A stretch of DNA of 64,000 nucleotides from Eledone cirrhosa (lineage: Eukaryota): contig OZ024741.1 of assembly GCA_964016885.1 (NCBI GenBank), positions 171,988,001 to 172,052,000 of the forward strand. The letters are read 5' to 3'. Both the position numbers and the translations under genes were made by a program. Positions 13,549 through 27,400 of this stretch are shown here, one piece after another. Position 1 is the stretch's first letter. Every line of letters starts with the position of its first letter. The notes under the pieces were generated by a model that ran no database searches, had not been told where the DNA came from, and was given only the letters and a program-made list of their open reading frames with translations.

Positions 13549-14275
13549 TTCGGGATAAACTCTACAGGCACGGAAGTGCTGTCAGCCTGGCATATGCAAG
13601 ATACGCGCAGGGCGACGAAACCGTCCCGCATGCACTCGTCCAGTGTCCGAGCATTGCTACTTGTGGGTTTATGTCGAACACCTGCTGTCGCATATAGAAC
13701 GGATCCGGCTATCAGCTGAGTCCATCGTGAGGATTGCCCCGCCCTCTTCCTTTAGCCGGGAAGGGCAGGCAGTTTTTATCTGTCTGGTGGCCATGGCGAA
13801 AGAGATAGTATGGTGGACGCGTCTGAAAGGGCTGAAGACGAGCACTTACCTCTTCGGTGATGCCCTGATTAACTTTTTCAAATTTCATTTGAAAAGGAAA
13901 ATCAGGGTAGAGAGAGAGGTGCTCTCTTCCCAGCATTTTGTTGAAAGATGGGTGAGAGAGGCAAGAATGGCTCGAGTGAATGGGCCTACTCTGAGTATAT
14001 GCCTGTGAATTGAAGGTGGAAAACTGGGAGAGGGCACTTGCCCTGGTGGTCACGGTCACCGTGGCTTTTTTAATGGGCTTTCTCCACGAATGTCCCTCGG
14101 AAGTCTCCCCCGTGTTGGGGAATTTTTCATTGTTCTTTTTTTGTTACAGCCTGTTTTTGTTTTTTTTACACACAGAAATGCCCATTTGTACCGTCCTGTA
14201 TTGTCCTGTACTGTCCTTAATGTCTGCTTTGTTTAAACCCTTGTGGTTAATAAAGAAAGCATTATTATTATTATT
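13549..14275 (+). mobile_element. 5'-truncated Tx1-like LINE directly after the (ATT)n tail of copy 1
   Basis: ORF 13643-14008 is the ORF2 C-terminus; has its own 3' UTR and (ATT)n tail. Confidence 0.9.
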
Positions 14276-14488
14276 GAGTCTGAACGTAAGTTTATTATTA
14301 TTATTATTATTATTGAGTCCCGTAAGTTTATTTATTTACCTGTCAAAACTTATTTATTGAATTTGTTGTTGTTGCATACAAGCCCTTGGACTTTGCCCTG
14401 TGAAGGTGAAAGAACAATATTTGGGCCTTTTGGCCCAAATATTTGAACTTTTTTACATTTTAAAAAGTTATCGAGGAAAAAAAAAAAC

Positions 14489-16452
14489 ATGGCTGAGCCA
14501 CGCCCCCCAGCGATATGTCTGCTGTCGTGCGACTACGACGTAGCTGTTGAGAGGAGCGCTACGGTGAAATTAACAGAAATTGATACAACAAACACCACTA
14601 CAAACAATGTGAACAAAGACATCAATGATAACAACACTGAGAACTCTAATTTTGAAAAAAATGACAGTAACAGCAACAACGAAAATACAGATAACAGAAA
14701 TAATGACAAATACAACAATATCAACACCACTAACATGAAAACAAATAGCGACAACACCCACAGCAACAATACCAACTGCACCGAGAACAACGGCGGCATC
14801 AAAGACAACAATGATAACAGCGACAGTGATAACACCACCAACAATAACACCCCCAACGACAACAAGAAGAACACTTTCGCTGCGGCGGCAGCAAAAAAAG
14901 AGGCCATGCTTCAACATGGACCTCTCAAACAAAGATGAAAAGTTGGCCCAGGCATGGAAGCTCATCAAGCAAGAGCAAACCTGGGCCAACTTAACTGTCC
15001 CGGTAGAAGCTATTGAGGCAGTGGAGCGCAGAACGGTACTTTATAGATGCATTTCAGCACAAACCAAAAGGGCAGCTTTAATCCCAAAAGCAGATGTCGA
15101 AGTCGCACTGAGGTACATCAGAGATTACACCGAATACATAGCGAGGGGCAGACAGTACGGCACCATATTGGTGCTGTTCAAGTCAGAAGCCCTCGCTATG
15201 AAACACGCTATGACTCCTTGCAAAACCAGCAAGGTCATAATGTACCCCTCCCACATGGGAAAAAGAACGGCCCGTCTCCGCGTTCCCAGAATCCCACCAG
15301 GATTTGACATGTGGTGGCTTCTGTGGGATGTGTGATTGTGGAGGGGACAGATACCGTCCCGATAGAAGTGACCAGAACGGCCAGAGAGGACTGGTCCGGG
15401 TTGACCTGGAGATCCTTCTCCAGATCAGGCCCGAGAATGAGAAGACAATCCCGGACCACATCCGCCTTCAGAATGGGACGGTCATTCATATTATGACCGA
15501 AAGGAAAAGACCACATTGTTTTGTTTGTGAGGAAAAAACCCATTTGCGAGCCTTCTGCCCTCAACTGCTGAAAGATACAAGGGGTAGAAAGGCTCCACTG
15601 CTGCCGACGCCGGGGCGAGGACCACAACCAACACCAGCACTGGCAAAACTACTAACAACAACACCAATAGAAAGACCACCACCAACATTGACCACCCAGG
15701 GGGGAAACGAGGAAAGTTGTCGAATTCCCCTACCCCCCAAAATACACACATCAATAAAAACATAAACACCCACACAGACACACTTACAGACACAGACCCC
15801 TCATCTACCAGTAGTGAAGATGATGGGAAACCAAAATCTCCCAAAATAGAAAAAAGGAAATACAAAAAGGAAAAAAAAACTCAACAAAGCACAAAATCCC
15901 CCACAATAAAAAAATGCAGACACCACCCACGCAAACATCTCTCCAATAACACCAACATCAACACCACCATCACCATCACCAGAATCCCCCAAGCGCAAAC
16001 AACCTAAACAGAGGCAAGAACAAATACACACACAGACATCTGAAACCACAGACACCGTACTCACAACAAACACAGATACAACCGAAACAACAACACCAAA
16101 ACCATCACCACCACAACCACGCAAACTAATAAAATCACACCAACAAAACATACAAAACTTCGTGCTCGTCAGGAGGGCCAACAAGGTACTGATGGCCCCC
16201 CTAGCATGAAGTGAAAATATACAAAATGAGGGGGAAATTTTTAAATCGAGCACATTTCGCGTGCCGGAAGATTTGTTTCTGGTGCGAATGTCGCTCGATT
16301 TATACAAATAGATATGAGACAGCTTTCCTCGGGACGTGGGAACCCCGAACGTAAAACCCACTTCAAGACTTTTAAAGGGGTTCCCAAAAGAAACCCCACC
16401 AGCTGTGGAGGACGAACCACCCGACCTTCACAAGAGCCAGGAAGGTAAGTAA
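14489..16452 (+). pseudogene. LINE ORF1, frameshifted
   Basis: Overlapping ORFs 14489-14938, 14811-15335, 15304-15765; CFVCEEKTHLRAFC knuckle. Confidence 0.8.
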
Positions 16453-16484
16453 ACCTTTCCTCTCTCTCTTTTTAACCTGCCAAC

Positions 16485-19400
16485 ATGGCCGTATTAAGAG
16501 TAGGAAGTTTAAGTGTTCGAGGCCTGGGATCGTCCTGGAAGCAGGGTCACCTGCTCAACGACCTCAGGTCTCTAGAAATGTAATTGCCGTTAGCGAGACC
16601 AGGATTTCCGACACGCGCGCACTAGCCCCCATTTTCGACGACTATCAGATCTTTGCATCTGTTAGCCGGCCGGGAATGGGAGGCGGGGTGGCAGTGCTGT
16701 TTAGGAAAGGCCTGGATCTCGAGGTAAGGTCGATCTTCCGGGAACCGGATGGGAAGGTGGTTGTCCTGGACGTAAACAATAACGAAGGTGGTGCCTTTAG
16801 ACTGGTGGCCGTCTACGCCCCTACTGGGGTAGGACAGCCTGACTTCTTTAGACACCTGGAAGCCTTTCTGGTTACGTCTCGCCCTTTACTGTTAGCGGGG
16901 TAATGGAACGGAATCTTAGACGCACGCTGGGATTGTGTGGGAGTATCCGATAGGGGCGGAGGTGCAAAAGCCTCAAGAACCTGATCAGCCAGTTCCAACT
17001 GTCTGACAGGTACCGACTAGATTTCCCTAATGCGCCAGTGTGGACCTGGACTAACCGCATAGGTTCATCTAGATCGTATATAGACCGGATATTCATTAGG
17101 AAATAGACAGAAATAGTGTAAGCTGTCCACGTTTTAAAACGGTCGCCTATTCAGATCACAAGTTTGTGATCTGTATGGTTGACCTAGATAAGACGCGTAG
17201 GTTAGGACCTGGCTACTGGAAACTAAACATGTCATTTCCGGCACGTAAGGCTTACAGGGACCAGGTCAACAATTTAGTTAAGAAAAAGTTGACAGGCTGA
17301 GTCGTCAACAATAGATGGTGTGGGGCTCTCAAATGAGAGATTAGAGTAATGTCAATAGAATTTAGCAAAGAAGTAGCGTTAGAGAAAAATAGAAGTGAGG
17401 GGAGTTGGTAGATAAGTTAGACGAGGCTATTGGTAGTGGCATTGCAACTGACGTGCTAGCGGAGAGAATGGCATTAGACCGTTTCTTCAATGCGAAACAC
17501 GAAGGTGGCATTGTCAGAGCTAAGGCGCGTGCTCTGAGAAACGATGGAACCAAAGCTGTTCGATGGGCCCGCGTGGCCGAGGCGCAGCGTGGTAATAAAA
17601 CCACGATTCGGTCTTTGACGGACCGAGATGGACACGAGCTGAGCGATTCCAAGCGGTTGTGTGAGGCCTTTCGCCAACATTTTGCTAGGTTGTTCGGGAG
17701 AAGTGGCAGGTCAGAGGCGGTGGCGGACTTCAGTCCCTACCTCGATGGCTTGCCGCAGCTCTCGGTGGCCGACGCTGGGCTCTGCGAAAGGCCGATTACT
17801 TCAGCCGAGGATGCCCTTGTCGGCTGCATCAGGCGCAAGTCACACGGTTTGGATGGGCTGATCTACGAGCTTTACGTAAATATGCCAGACTTGTTCTCCA
17901 AACTCTTCGAAGCGCTCTACTGCAACTGGTAGCAGAACAGGAGCGTTCCCAGTTCTGTAAGCCGGGGCGTAGTGACACTTATAAGGAAAGACGAGAACAA
18001 GAGGGACACATTAGACAATTTCAGGCCCATAACTCTGCTCAACACAGAGTTTAAGATTTTGGCTAGGGTGTTAGCGAAGATGTTGGCGCTTGTCGTCGGG
18101 GATTTGGTTGGGGAAGCGCAATCCCAACCAGGTCCATACACGACAACCTCCACCTGATGCGATACATCATAGAGAGGGTAAGATGTAAACCTGGCTTCGG
18201 TGGGGCTCTGATCAATTTAGATCAATCGAAAGCATTCGATAGGGTCGACCATCGGTACCTGGAGGCTGTCCTCAAGTCGGCTGGCTTCGGCCCCGTCTTC
18301 AGAAGCTGGATCGCTGCAATGCACAGCGGCACCTGCTTGGTGGTCAAAAATTATTGGCCACCCCTCGGAACCGTTTCAGGTCTCCCGATCGGTCCGTCAA
18401 GGGTGCCCTCTCTCGAGCCTTTACTGCGGAAGCTGGAGCTGTTGCAGGGTATCCCACTGAAACCGCGACGCGGAAAGACTGTGTCGGCTTATGCGGACGA
18501 CATCACCGTGATGGTGTCGGACACCTCAGAAATCGAGGTGGTCGGCAACTTATTTGAGGAATATGAAAGGTTGACGGGAGCAAAACTTAACCCGGAAAAG
18601 TCCTCCAGGTGAATAAGAATTGGGACGAGGTAACGGGCAGGGTAGCCACTCTCACTCCAGAAATGGGCTGCGAGAAAGCTATCACTGAAAGGTTGGACGG
18701 AGGTGGCGAACACGTACATCGCGTCCGTCATCTACTACCGTCTGACCGTCGTCCCTTACCCCCATTGGCACCTCGCCATCTTGGAGCGGCTCCTCTTCAA
18801 ATTCTTGTGGATGTGTCACCTTCCGCTGGTGAGGCGGTCTATCTGCTGCCAGCACTCTCTACGTGGAGGGCTGGGCATGCCGTGGCTAATGAAGCGCAGA
18901 CACGCGCTGAGGCTGCGGCATCTCCAGATATTCTGCCTAAACGGTGAACAGGTGTGGTCGCCGTTTGTCAGACGGGCCTTTCCGCAGCTCGTTTCTTTGA
19001 CTGAGCTGCAGTACTGGGTCAAGAAGAGACCGAGACTGGGTGACTGGCATCTGGAATGTTGCCAGGCACTCACTGCCCTCTACCAGGCGGGCAATGCGGT
19101 CAGTGGAACTTCCACTCTCAAGTTCTATAGAGGATTAGTGGTGGGCAAGTGCGACGACTCACTCGGAGAGGCTCTGGGAGTCAACGAAGTCGAACTAACC
19201 AGTCTGTACCGGAAGACTTTCGAGCCGGGGACGATGGATAATTTCCAAAAATCTCTCGCTTGGCAGTGCTAACGGGGGGCACTGTCAGTTCGAGATAAAC
19301 TCTACAGGCACGGAAGTGCTGTCAGACGGACCTTCCCGAGATGCGCGCAGAGACACGAAACCGTTCTACACGCACTCGTCCAGTGTCCGTGCATTACTGA

Positions 19401-19747
19401 CTTGTGGAGTTATGTTGAACAGCTGTTGTCGCGTCTAGAACGGATGCGGCTATCGGCCGAGTCCATGGTGAAGATCGACCCGCTGCCTTCTTTTGGCCAG
19501 GAAGGGCAGGCAATTTTCCTCTGTCTAGTGGCAGTAGCGAAAGAGGTTGTATGGTGGACGAGGTTGAAAGGACTGAAGACAGACACTTTTCTCTTCGGCC
19601 AATCCCTCATCAACCTTTTCAAGTTTCACTTGGAAAGGAAGGTGAGGGTGGAGAGAGAAGTGCTTCCCCCAGTATATTTGCTGAAAGGTAGGTGAATGTG
19701 GCGAGATGGCCCGTGTGAGTGGGCCTACTCTGGTCATGCGGCTGTAG
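16485..19747 (+). pseudogene. LINE ORF2 (APE-RT-CCHC), disrupted
   Basis: GGGVAVLF, VAVYAP, SDHK, GYWKLN; GLDGL, NFRPITLLNTEFKILA, LDQSKAFDRVDH, AYADDITV; ETVLHALVQC. Confidence 0.92.
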
Positions 19748-20491
19748 GTAGGTAAATTTGAGGAGGAGAGGGGTGCCCTTCCAGGGTTTTCTCCAAGCGT
19801 CGGGTCGTTCGGGACTGGTGGGGTACCTGAGCGAACCCTAGGTGGTCATCCCCCCTATTGGGGAATGTTTTCTTGTTGTAATTTTCTTGTTACTTTATTG
19901 TTACTTTGTTATTGTTACTTTGTTTATTCATATTGTTTACTCGATTTTTCTGTAAAACCCACTGACCCAGTCTTTTGTATTGTCCCCTATATGTCGGCCC
20001 TTGTGGCCAATAAATGAAATCATTATTATTATTATTATTATTTGCGAGCATCTGTTTGTGGCACAGAGGGAGATATTTTATTGATTCTGATTCGTTACCT
20101 ATTTTCACCATTAAATTAGGTCTATATTTAGAATATCCTCCTTTACAATTTTCTTTTCTTAGATATTATTTCTCGTATTATTTCTTACTCATATTTTCGT
20201 TTGTCTAATTCTGATTCGGTATTTGTTGGTCAGTATTCCGTAGGAATGCTAAAGTTTTATCTTCACATATTTGTTATATTTTGTTTATATCGTGTTACAT
20301 ATAATGAATATAACTTTGTGATTTACGTGCTCAGTGTTTTTATTCATACTGCTTTCCTTTTCGTTGTTTATAATTCCGTTGAGTATTCTTTTAGTTTTGA
20401 AGAATGTATTTTCATGAATTAGCTTTTCTGTTGGGATCCAACTTTTCTCCAAACAATATATATATACATGCTTGTTGGTAGTTCTATTTTG

Positions 20492-20685
20492 CAGACCTGC
20501 CAACCTCTAAAAACCCAAACGGGGAGCACCATGAAATATGTGCCCCAAAACAGAGAGAAATGAGGCAAAATGGGGAGGTTTTACATAATGAAAGCTATAC
20601 CTATTTTCACAAGAGAAGGCATCTCTTACCCACCCCAAAGTAGATGGGAGATCTTCCAGCCAGACTGGGAAAGTTGACAGGTCTG
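20492..20685. mobile_element. MITE (hAT-like terminal inverted repeats)
   Basis: CAGACCTGCCAAC ... GTTGACAGGTCTG termini; imperfect flanking duplication TATTTTG/CATTTTG. Confidence 0.6.
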
Positions 20686-21284
20686 CATTTTGACGGCGTT
20701 CTACCATGTAGCTGTGAAATATTCGTGTAGTAGTGAAGCATATCCTCACTTATCCATATATCCATATATCCGTGTCTACTTTAATACCGTTTCTACTTTA
20801 TTTAAGGGAAACTTGGGGAGTCATCTCTGACCCATTATTTAAATAATCGTCATTTAAATCCTGTATCAGTTTGTCATTTTCTGAACGTTCTATTTTTCAT
20901 TCTTTTTTTTTATTTTGGCATCAAATTAAAAGTACATATTTCCCTTTTTAACCTTAGGCTGACTGAATTGGTTATCATTTGTAATGATTTTTAATGACGG
21001 GACACAATTTTTCTGATGGTGATTTGATTTCTGCTCAATTAGTGTTTCCATGTGACGAATAATCGGCCATTACAGAGAACACAGGCGATACATTATTGTA
21101 TTAGACAAAAAAAACAAAAACAATAGCAATTTCACTAATAAGTTAATGCATTACTTACACTAGTATACTTCAACATTTTCGTCATTTGATTTCCGTTTTA
21201 TTTTTATTTCATTAATAATGAATATCTTTTAGAGCGCAATAAAGTAACGGCACCTTCTTGTTCTTCATTTTCTCTTATTTTTTT

Positions 21285-21536
21285 CATTATCATCATCGTC
21301 GTTGTCGTCGTCGTCGGCGGCTGCGGCAGTGTTACCATCATCATCACTATCATCGTCATCATCATCATGATAATCATTATCATCATAATCTACTACTACT
21401 ACTACTACTACAACTACTGTTGCTGCTGATACTATTGCTACTACTACTGCTCTACTGCTATTACTACTACTAAGGGTGGTACTACTACTACTACTACTAC
21501 TACTACTAATACTACTACTACTAATACTACTACTAC

Positions 21537-21582
<46 letters not shown>

Positions 21583-21643
21583 GTTGCTGCTGATACTATT
21601 GCTACTACTACTGCTCTACTGCTATTACTACTACTAAGGGTGG

Positions 21644-21675
<32 letters not shown>

Positions 21676-21690
21676 ATACTACTACTACCA
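21285..21690. repeat. Compound trinucleotide microsatellite (CAT/CGT/TAC) with ~164-bp internal duplication
   Basis: CTGTTGCTGCTGATACTATTGC...AAGGGTGG(TAC)n block occurs at 21417 and 21581. Confidence 0.9.
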
Positions 21691-22179
21691 TCTTTTGAAC
21701 TGCCGTTTTCCACCATGTCGAGCCAGATCCATACTATGAGCTTGTGGTGTTCTAAGGAAGATGTCACTTAATTGACAGTATTGTAGATGTTGATGTTGCC
21801 TTGGATACGGATTGTAGACTCTTTTATTCCCTTCTTAATATGTCTTAATTCGATGACTAAGAAAATTATTTCTGTCCTCATATTCAACCTTCTGATGATT
21901 TCCATCTCAAGGATTTTGTAATTGCCCGACTTCTATATAAATTTAAGATATTATTGCTACATCGTTAGGTCTGTATCTCTTTTTCTCATTGCTCTTGATA
22001 ACGATATCAAGCTTGTTTGCTTTTATCTCCTTATCAGTGTGGCTCGGCATGTCCTAGAAGATAGTGAATTCGTTATTGTCACTGAGCGTATTCGGACCAA
22101 TTATCGTACCACTTCTCAGCCATTTTGATCTCGTAACTCTTGCATATCTTCCAGTGCTGATTCAAAACTGTCTCGTTGA

Positions 22180-23298
22180 TGTATGTGCAGCTACGTATTT
22201 ACAAATATTTAAAGACAGTGAAGATGTGTAGTCATCCTGTGTTAGGCGCTTCTTTCTCTCAGCTCGTCTATTTGACCGAGCTATATTACTGGCTCAAGCG
22301 AGGTCCGAAATTCGGCGCCTGACATCTGAAATGTTATCAGGCGGCGTTCTACCAGTTAATTAATGTGGTCGGTGGTAATTTCACATGAGCATTTGATTGA
22401 GGGATAGTGGTGAGCAAGTACGACAACGTTTTGGGGGAAACCTTAGGCGTTGACCATAATGAACAGACTACTGTGTTTCAGGGAAATTTCAGCCCGGATA
22501 CGATAGATAATTTCCAGAAATCCCTGGCCTACACGTGCTACGAGGATGGGAGGAATGGCACTACCGGTTGCAGACAAACGTTACAGGCTTGGAAAGGCTA
22601 TCAGATGAGCTTGTCCAAAATGCGCACAGAGAGAGATGAAGCTGTTCTGCAGGCTTTTTTTCCAGTCTCCTTGCATTGCCGATTGAAGTGTTTTCTCGAA
22701 CAGCTATTGTCACGTAAAAGACGAATCCATCTATTGATTTACATCATCATGAAGATCGCCCCGCCGCTTGTTTCCTTTTCTTGTCCGGGAAGGATAGGCA
22801 GACTCCCTCCATTTGATGGCTAGGGCGAAAGAAGTTGTGTAGTCGACAAGGCTAATAAATCTGAAGACAAAAATATTTTTATTCAGCCAAGCTCTTCTTA
22901 AAGTTACACCGGGTCAGGAAAGTAACCGTGGACAAGGAAGTGTTGCCTTTAGCATATTTGTTAAAAGATGGGTGCTTATAATGAGAAAGGTCCTAGTGAA
23001 TGGGTTTACGCTAAGCATGCCTTGTTAGATGGAAAGAATGAAGGAGAGCGCGGCACTTGCCTGTGTTGACCTTGGTCATCTGGGTGATTTTATATCTGTG
23101 GGGTTCATTAATTACCCCTGCTTCATGTCTCCTATTGGGGAATCGTGTTATTGTTATTTACTGTTTCCTTTGCTACCCTTTTTTCCAGTTTAATCATTTA
23201 TTGTGAAGCCCAATTGTCCGTGTTATTGTCTTAATATTTTAAGGCACGGTGACCAGGTAACAAATTGTTGTTGTTGTCTTTGTTGTTATTGTTATTGT
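22180..23298 (+). mobile_element. Old Tx1-like LINE 3' part
   Basis: ORF 22407-22823 DNVLGETLGVD...DNFQKSLA homologous to ORF2 C-terminus; CCTATTGGGG; TTG/TTA tail. Confidence 0.8.
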
Positions 23299-23299
23299 A

Positions 23300-23520
23300 A
23301 GCTGTGGAATGGCAGTATCGATAAAGTATCGGATTACCTGCTTTGCAGCATATAGTTTCGATCCTTTACGTTCTGAGTTCAAATCATGCCGAAGTTAGCT
23401 TTGCTATTGATCCTTCTGGAGTCAATGATATAAATCACCAGCAACGCAGCGGTCGATTTAATCGACTTTTCTCTTCCTTTCAAATTGCTGGCCTTGTGCC
23501 AAACGTAGAAATAGTTTTTA
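23300..23520 (+). mobile_element. tRNA-derived SINE
   Basis: GGCAGTATCG, GAGTTCAAATC, GCTGGCCTTGTGCCAAACGTAGAAA end; sits directly after the LINE tail. Confidence 0.82.
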
Positions 23521-24199
23521 TTGCAACGAATCCTCGCACATTTCTGACTGTGAATTTATTTATTTTTTTAAATCAAGCGTCATCATTTTTTTTCAAATAG
23601 CATCAAATTGTTATTTTTTCTGTGTATCACTTAGAAAATAATATATGCTACAATTTTGTATGAGTGTCTCCTTTTATAAAAACTATTTGCCGAGGTGAGC
23701 AAGTTTCACAATTTTGAATAATAAAATATTCATATTTATTGAAAAAGATAGATTGATACGTTCGATAAAATGATACAATTCAAGGAGGAAGGGAGAAAGT
23801 GCGGGGAAAGAGAACGTATCTGAGGCAACGAGAGAGAAACTTTGCTATCGCCTCTCTTGAGATCAACGAGAACAAAGCAGCCATGACAACACAAATCATG
23901 AAAGATAACAGGAACACCAGTGAAATTAAATAAGACAGTTTCGACATAAATACATGCAAATTTAAATATTATCTACAACAACAGAAGCAACAGCAACATC
24001 AACAATAGAAACAATAATATAAGCAGCAGCAACAGTAACGACAGCAACAGCAAAACAATAATCTCAGTAAAAAAGACCACAAAAATAACAATAACATAAC
24101 CAACAACAACAAAAAAGCAATTAAGGACAAAGCAGTAAGAGAAAATATATCTTTTGTATTGACTACAAAAAACTGAATTACGAACAAACTACACGAACA

Positions 24200-26935
24200 A
24201 TCTGAGCAGGTCTAAAATAAAATTGTGACGAAGTGCGACTTGCTATGATAAAATATCTGCCAAGATACAAATGATATACAAAGCTGAACAATACTCTACA
24301 ATTATATCAACAGAGGAAAAGAAGATTGTAACGCTCTTTTCGGAAAATGTTTCGAAGAGGTGTGGATTTCCATGTGCAAAAGCTAGGTAAAGGTGGCAGC
24401 AGTCTGCGAAAGTAAGAAAGAAGCTCTCAGGCTCGGCACAAAAACTTGCACCTGTCAGCAGTATATTATGATCCGTTTATATAATGGACAGCAGATGACC
24501 AAATTCTTGGTCACCAACATCCTTCTCCAAAAGGACCAGAACTCATTTAAGGTTCGTGGACTGCGAACCAGTGTGGGTTGTGATGGAAGAATGAAGACTA
24601 TATAGTAAAAATCTCTCATCATAAGTTTTTCTGTTTTTCATAATTACTACCATCACCCCCAACTACCACAACTCCAATAGTAATAACAATAACACTTGGA
24701 CCCTGTCACCCCGCCAACCACTAACACAGAAAATCATTGCTTCCCAAAAGCGCAAAGGACCTCGCATCTGAAAGACAATAATGATATAAAATAGTATGTG
24801 TATGATAAACAGAAGGGCCGTCGATACAGAAGAGGAGTCGGACAGCCAAATTCAATGGTAAAACGCTAGATGTTGACACCACCAAGTTGAGCAACCGGCA
24901 AAAGATCGATGTTACACAGACAGACTTGACTGCAAAACAAATATCAAGCAGAATCTACAACAGCAGAAGCAGCATCATGTACAACAACAACAGCTTTGAC
25001 CACAAGAGTCACGGCAGCAAAAAGAGAAAACATCAACAACAATGTCAATCACATCAACAGGAAGAGGCACGCAAAGAACAATAACAACAACAGTATGAAT
25101 AACAACAGCAATTACAACCACAGCAACCACCACTCACAAACGATACCTTCAACTACACAGTTCTTCGAGAAGAAAGCGAGGAGTTGATGAAGTCTATTTA
25201 CTCGAATAAAGACAGAATATTCACACCAGGCAAGAGATTGAATACGGTGACCCTCTCTGAATTCCCACAAGGAGGTATTCTGGCTTACACAACACCAGGG
25301 TTTATGGCTACCATTTCCACATTTCCACATGGAGACGCGTGGCCTAGTGGTAAAGGTGTTGGACTTATGACCATAATGTTGTAGGTTCGATTCCCGGACT
25401 GGGTTACGTGTTGTTCTCTTGAACAGAACACTTCAATTTACGTTGCCCCAGTATAGACAGCTGAAAATCAGTACCAGCAATAGCTGGGGTTTAACCCTGC
25501 GATGGACTGGTGTCCTGTCTAGAGGGGTGTTGTGTACTCTGTCACTTAACGCCACGGAAACCGTTATAAGCACCGGCCTGATGAACCTCCGAGCTCGAGA
25601 CAGACTTTAGACTTTAGATTTTAACATAACGTAGTTCACGTAAAAATATCTACTGGACACAAATCTTGGAAGTTCCGTCGAAGCATTACACTTAGATAAC
25701 GGTATTTGGTACATTGTCTTTCCTTTCTCGTTGTTCTCTTCCTCATCATCGTCCTTTAATGGCCATTCTGAGAACAAACTGCATAATTACCTATGTTGGT
25801 ATAGAAACAAAGCACTTATTCAATGAATTCTGGCGACTGCATCTGAATTAAGGAGCCATTACTGAAATATAGGTTTCTAAGATGCATTCACTTGCTCTCC
25901 TTTTTGGCGAGTACAAGTTGTACGGCTACTTCGGTCGACACGAATGTAAGTGGTGGAGCAGTGTTGTTTTAGAAAGACATATGTATATAGAAGTAAGCAC
26001 TTTTTTTTAGAGCCAGATGGTAGGTAAGTGGTCCTAAACGTGTATAACAATGAAGCTGGTGTTTGGTTTTACTGAATGATGGCCAGTTACTAACAGGACC
26101 AAATCTGCGATGTGAAACACCAAAGATGTAATGTTTGTGAAAGAAAGCGTAACATGAAAAAGAAATATATGAACGCTTATCAACAAAGTCACGTTCCGGT
26201 CTGTGACAGCTCGCAGCAAGAGAGTGCGAGAGATTTTCCCGCAACACTTTGCCTAATTATTCGCTAGGATTGATGGACTGGAGCCAGCAGATGTTGTTGC
26301 CTATCTTGACCACCATTCACCACTTTCGACTAAATAAACAGTGCTACGAAAACCAATTACTGTAAACGAAGTGGTGGTGGGTGTAATTAGTATGAGGAAA
26401 CATCACTGGAATAGGATTGTCTCCGTGACGAACCTTATTTCCACTTGCCTTTTGAGGAGCCTCCCGCTCGAACTATGTTCCTGGATTACCGTGTATGCAT
26501 ACGTGGACCACATAAGCATATTGACGCTAATGTCGTCTACGTATGCAAACACATGTGTAAAATACTTCGGACATTGAAGCGGTCAGTATCATACACGTGA
26601 AACACCATTGACGTGAACGACATTAACTGGGATGGCAACTCGTCACTTGGAGAGGTAAATCGATGACTTTCATCGAAAGATTTTGTGGCCGCAGCAAGGA
26701 ACTGTACAAGGGGTTCGGAGTTTGTTTAGATCCGGAGTTCTATGCGGAGTTGAACAGAAAAAGGCCAAACATAGTTTAGCCAGTTTCATTTAGACAATTT
26801 TATTGCTGAAAGATTGGGCTGAAGTTAAATATGCTAAGGCTGACTCACGTATAGAAGCATTCTCACCACTGTATGATGACAACGATTGTTGAAAGCAAAG
26901 GTAAACTGTTGTGAGGACTTTACGTGTGGTGGATT
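24200..26935 (+). mobile_element. Highly decayed LINE relics (ORF1-like and ORF2-like pieces)
   Basis: AAC-rich ORF1-like tracts; RKPIT, TVYAYVDHI (YADD-like) and ACTTGGAGAGGTAAATCGATG resembling TWRGKSM of copy 1; boundaries uncertain. Confidence 0.45.
25331..25620 (+). mobile_element. Second tRNA-derived SINE family
   Basis: A-box TGGCCTAGTGG, B-box GGTTCGATTCC, AACCCTGCGATGGACT block, (ACTTTAG) tail. Confidence 0.75.
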
Positions 26936-26951
26936 GGTAGAATAGTTAGAG

Positions 26952-27400
26952 CAGTCGTGGGCAACCTGCGGCCTGCGAAGCTTTCTGAATGGCTCGCCTA
27001 AGTCAGAAAAGAAAAAAATATTCGCCATCGTCAGACAACCGTGTAATTTTCAACTTGCCTCAGAGTCGATCTTCAACAATTCAAATATTCACATGTTTTA
27101 TTTCAAAAACAAACGTTCATAATAATTCTTTTCTCCGGGGAAAGATTTTTGGCGCTAATTTACATAGAATAATAAAATCTACGATCAAATGAAAATTAAA
27201 TCTTTCTGATTTTTTTACTCCAATTTTTCAGCCGTAATTTATCCTTCTATCATTTTTACGATAGAGTAAAACAACGTGTACGGATTCTGAAGAATCAAAT
27301 CAAAACAACCTGGGCACGATGTAAATTAGCGCTTGCGGCCCGCCTGATGATGAACCAAATCTCATGCAGCCCGCTTCTCGAAAAAAGTTGCCCATGCGTG
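26952..27400. mobile_element. hAT-like non-autonomous DNA transposon
   Basis: CAGTCGTGGGCAACCT ... AAGTTGCCCATGCGTG imperfect TIRs and subterminal GCGGCCCGC-type motifs; no clean TSD. Confidence 0.55.

Larger units (their letters stand above)
14276..20042 (+). mobile_element. Near full-length Tx1-like LINE copy 2 (inactive)
   Basis: Starts in the (ATT)n tail of the previous copy; ORF1 from 14489, ORF2 from 16485; ends AATAAATGAAATC(ATT)n. Confidence 0.93.

Noticed and set aside
20043-22180. Possible host exons or an old minus-strand LINE
   Set aside because: Only short stop-interrupted frames, with no motif I can identify with confidence and no clear splice structure
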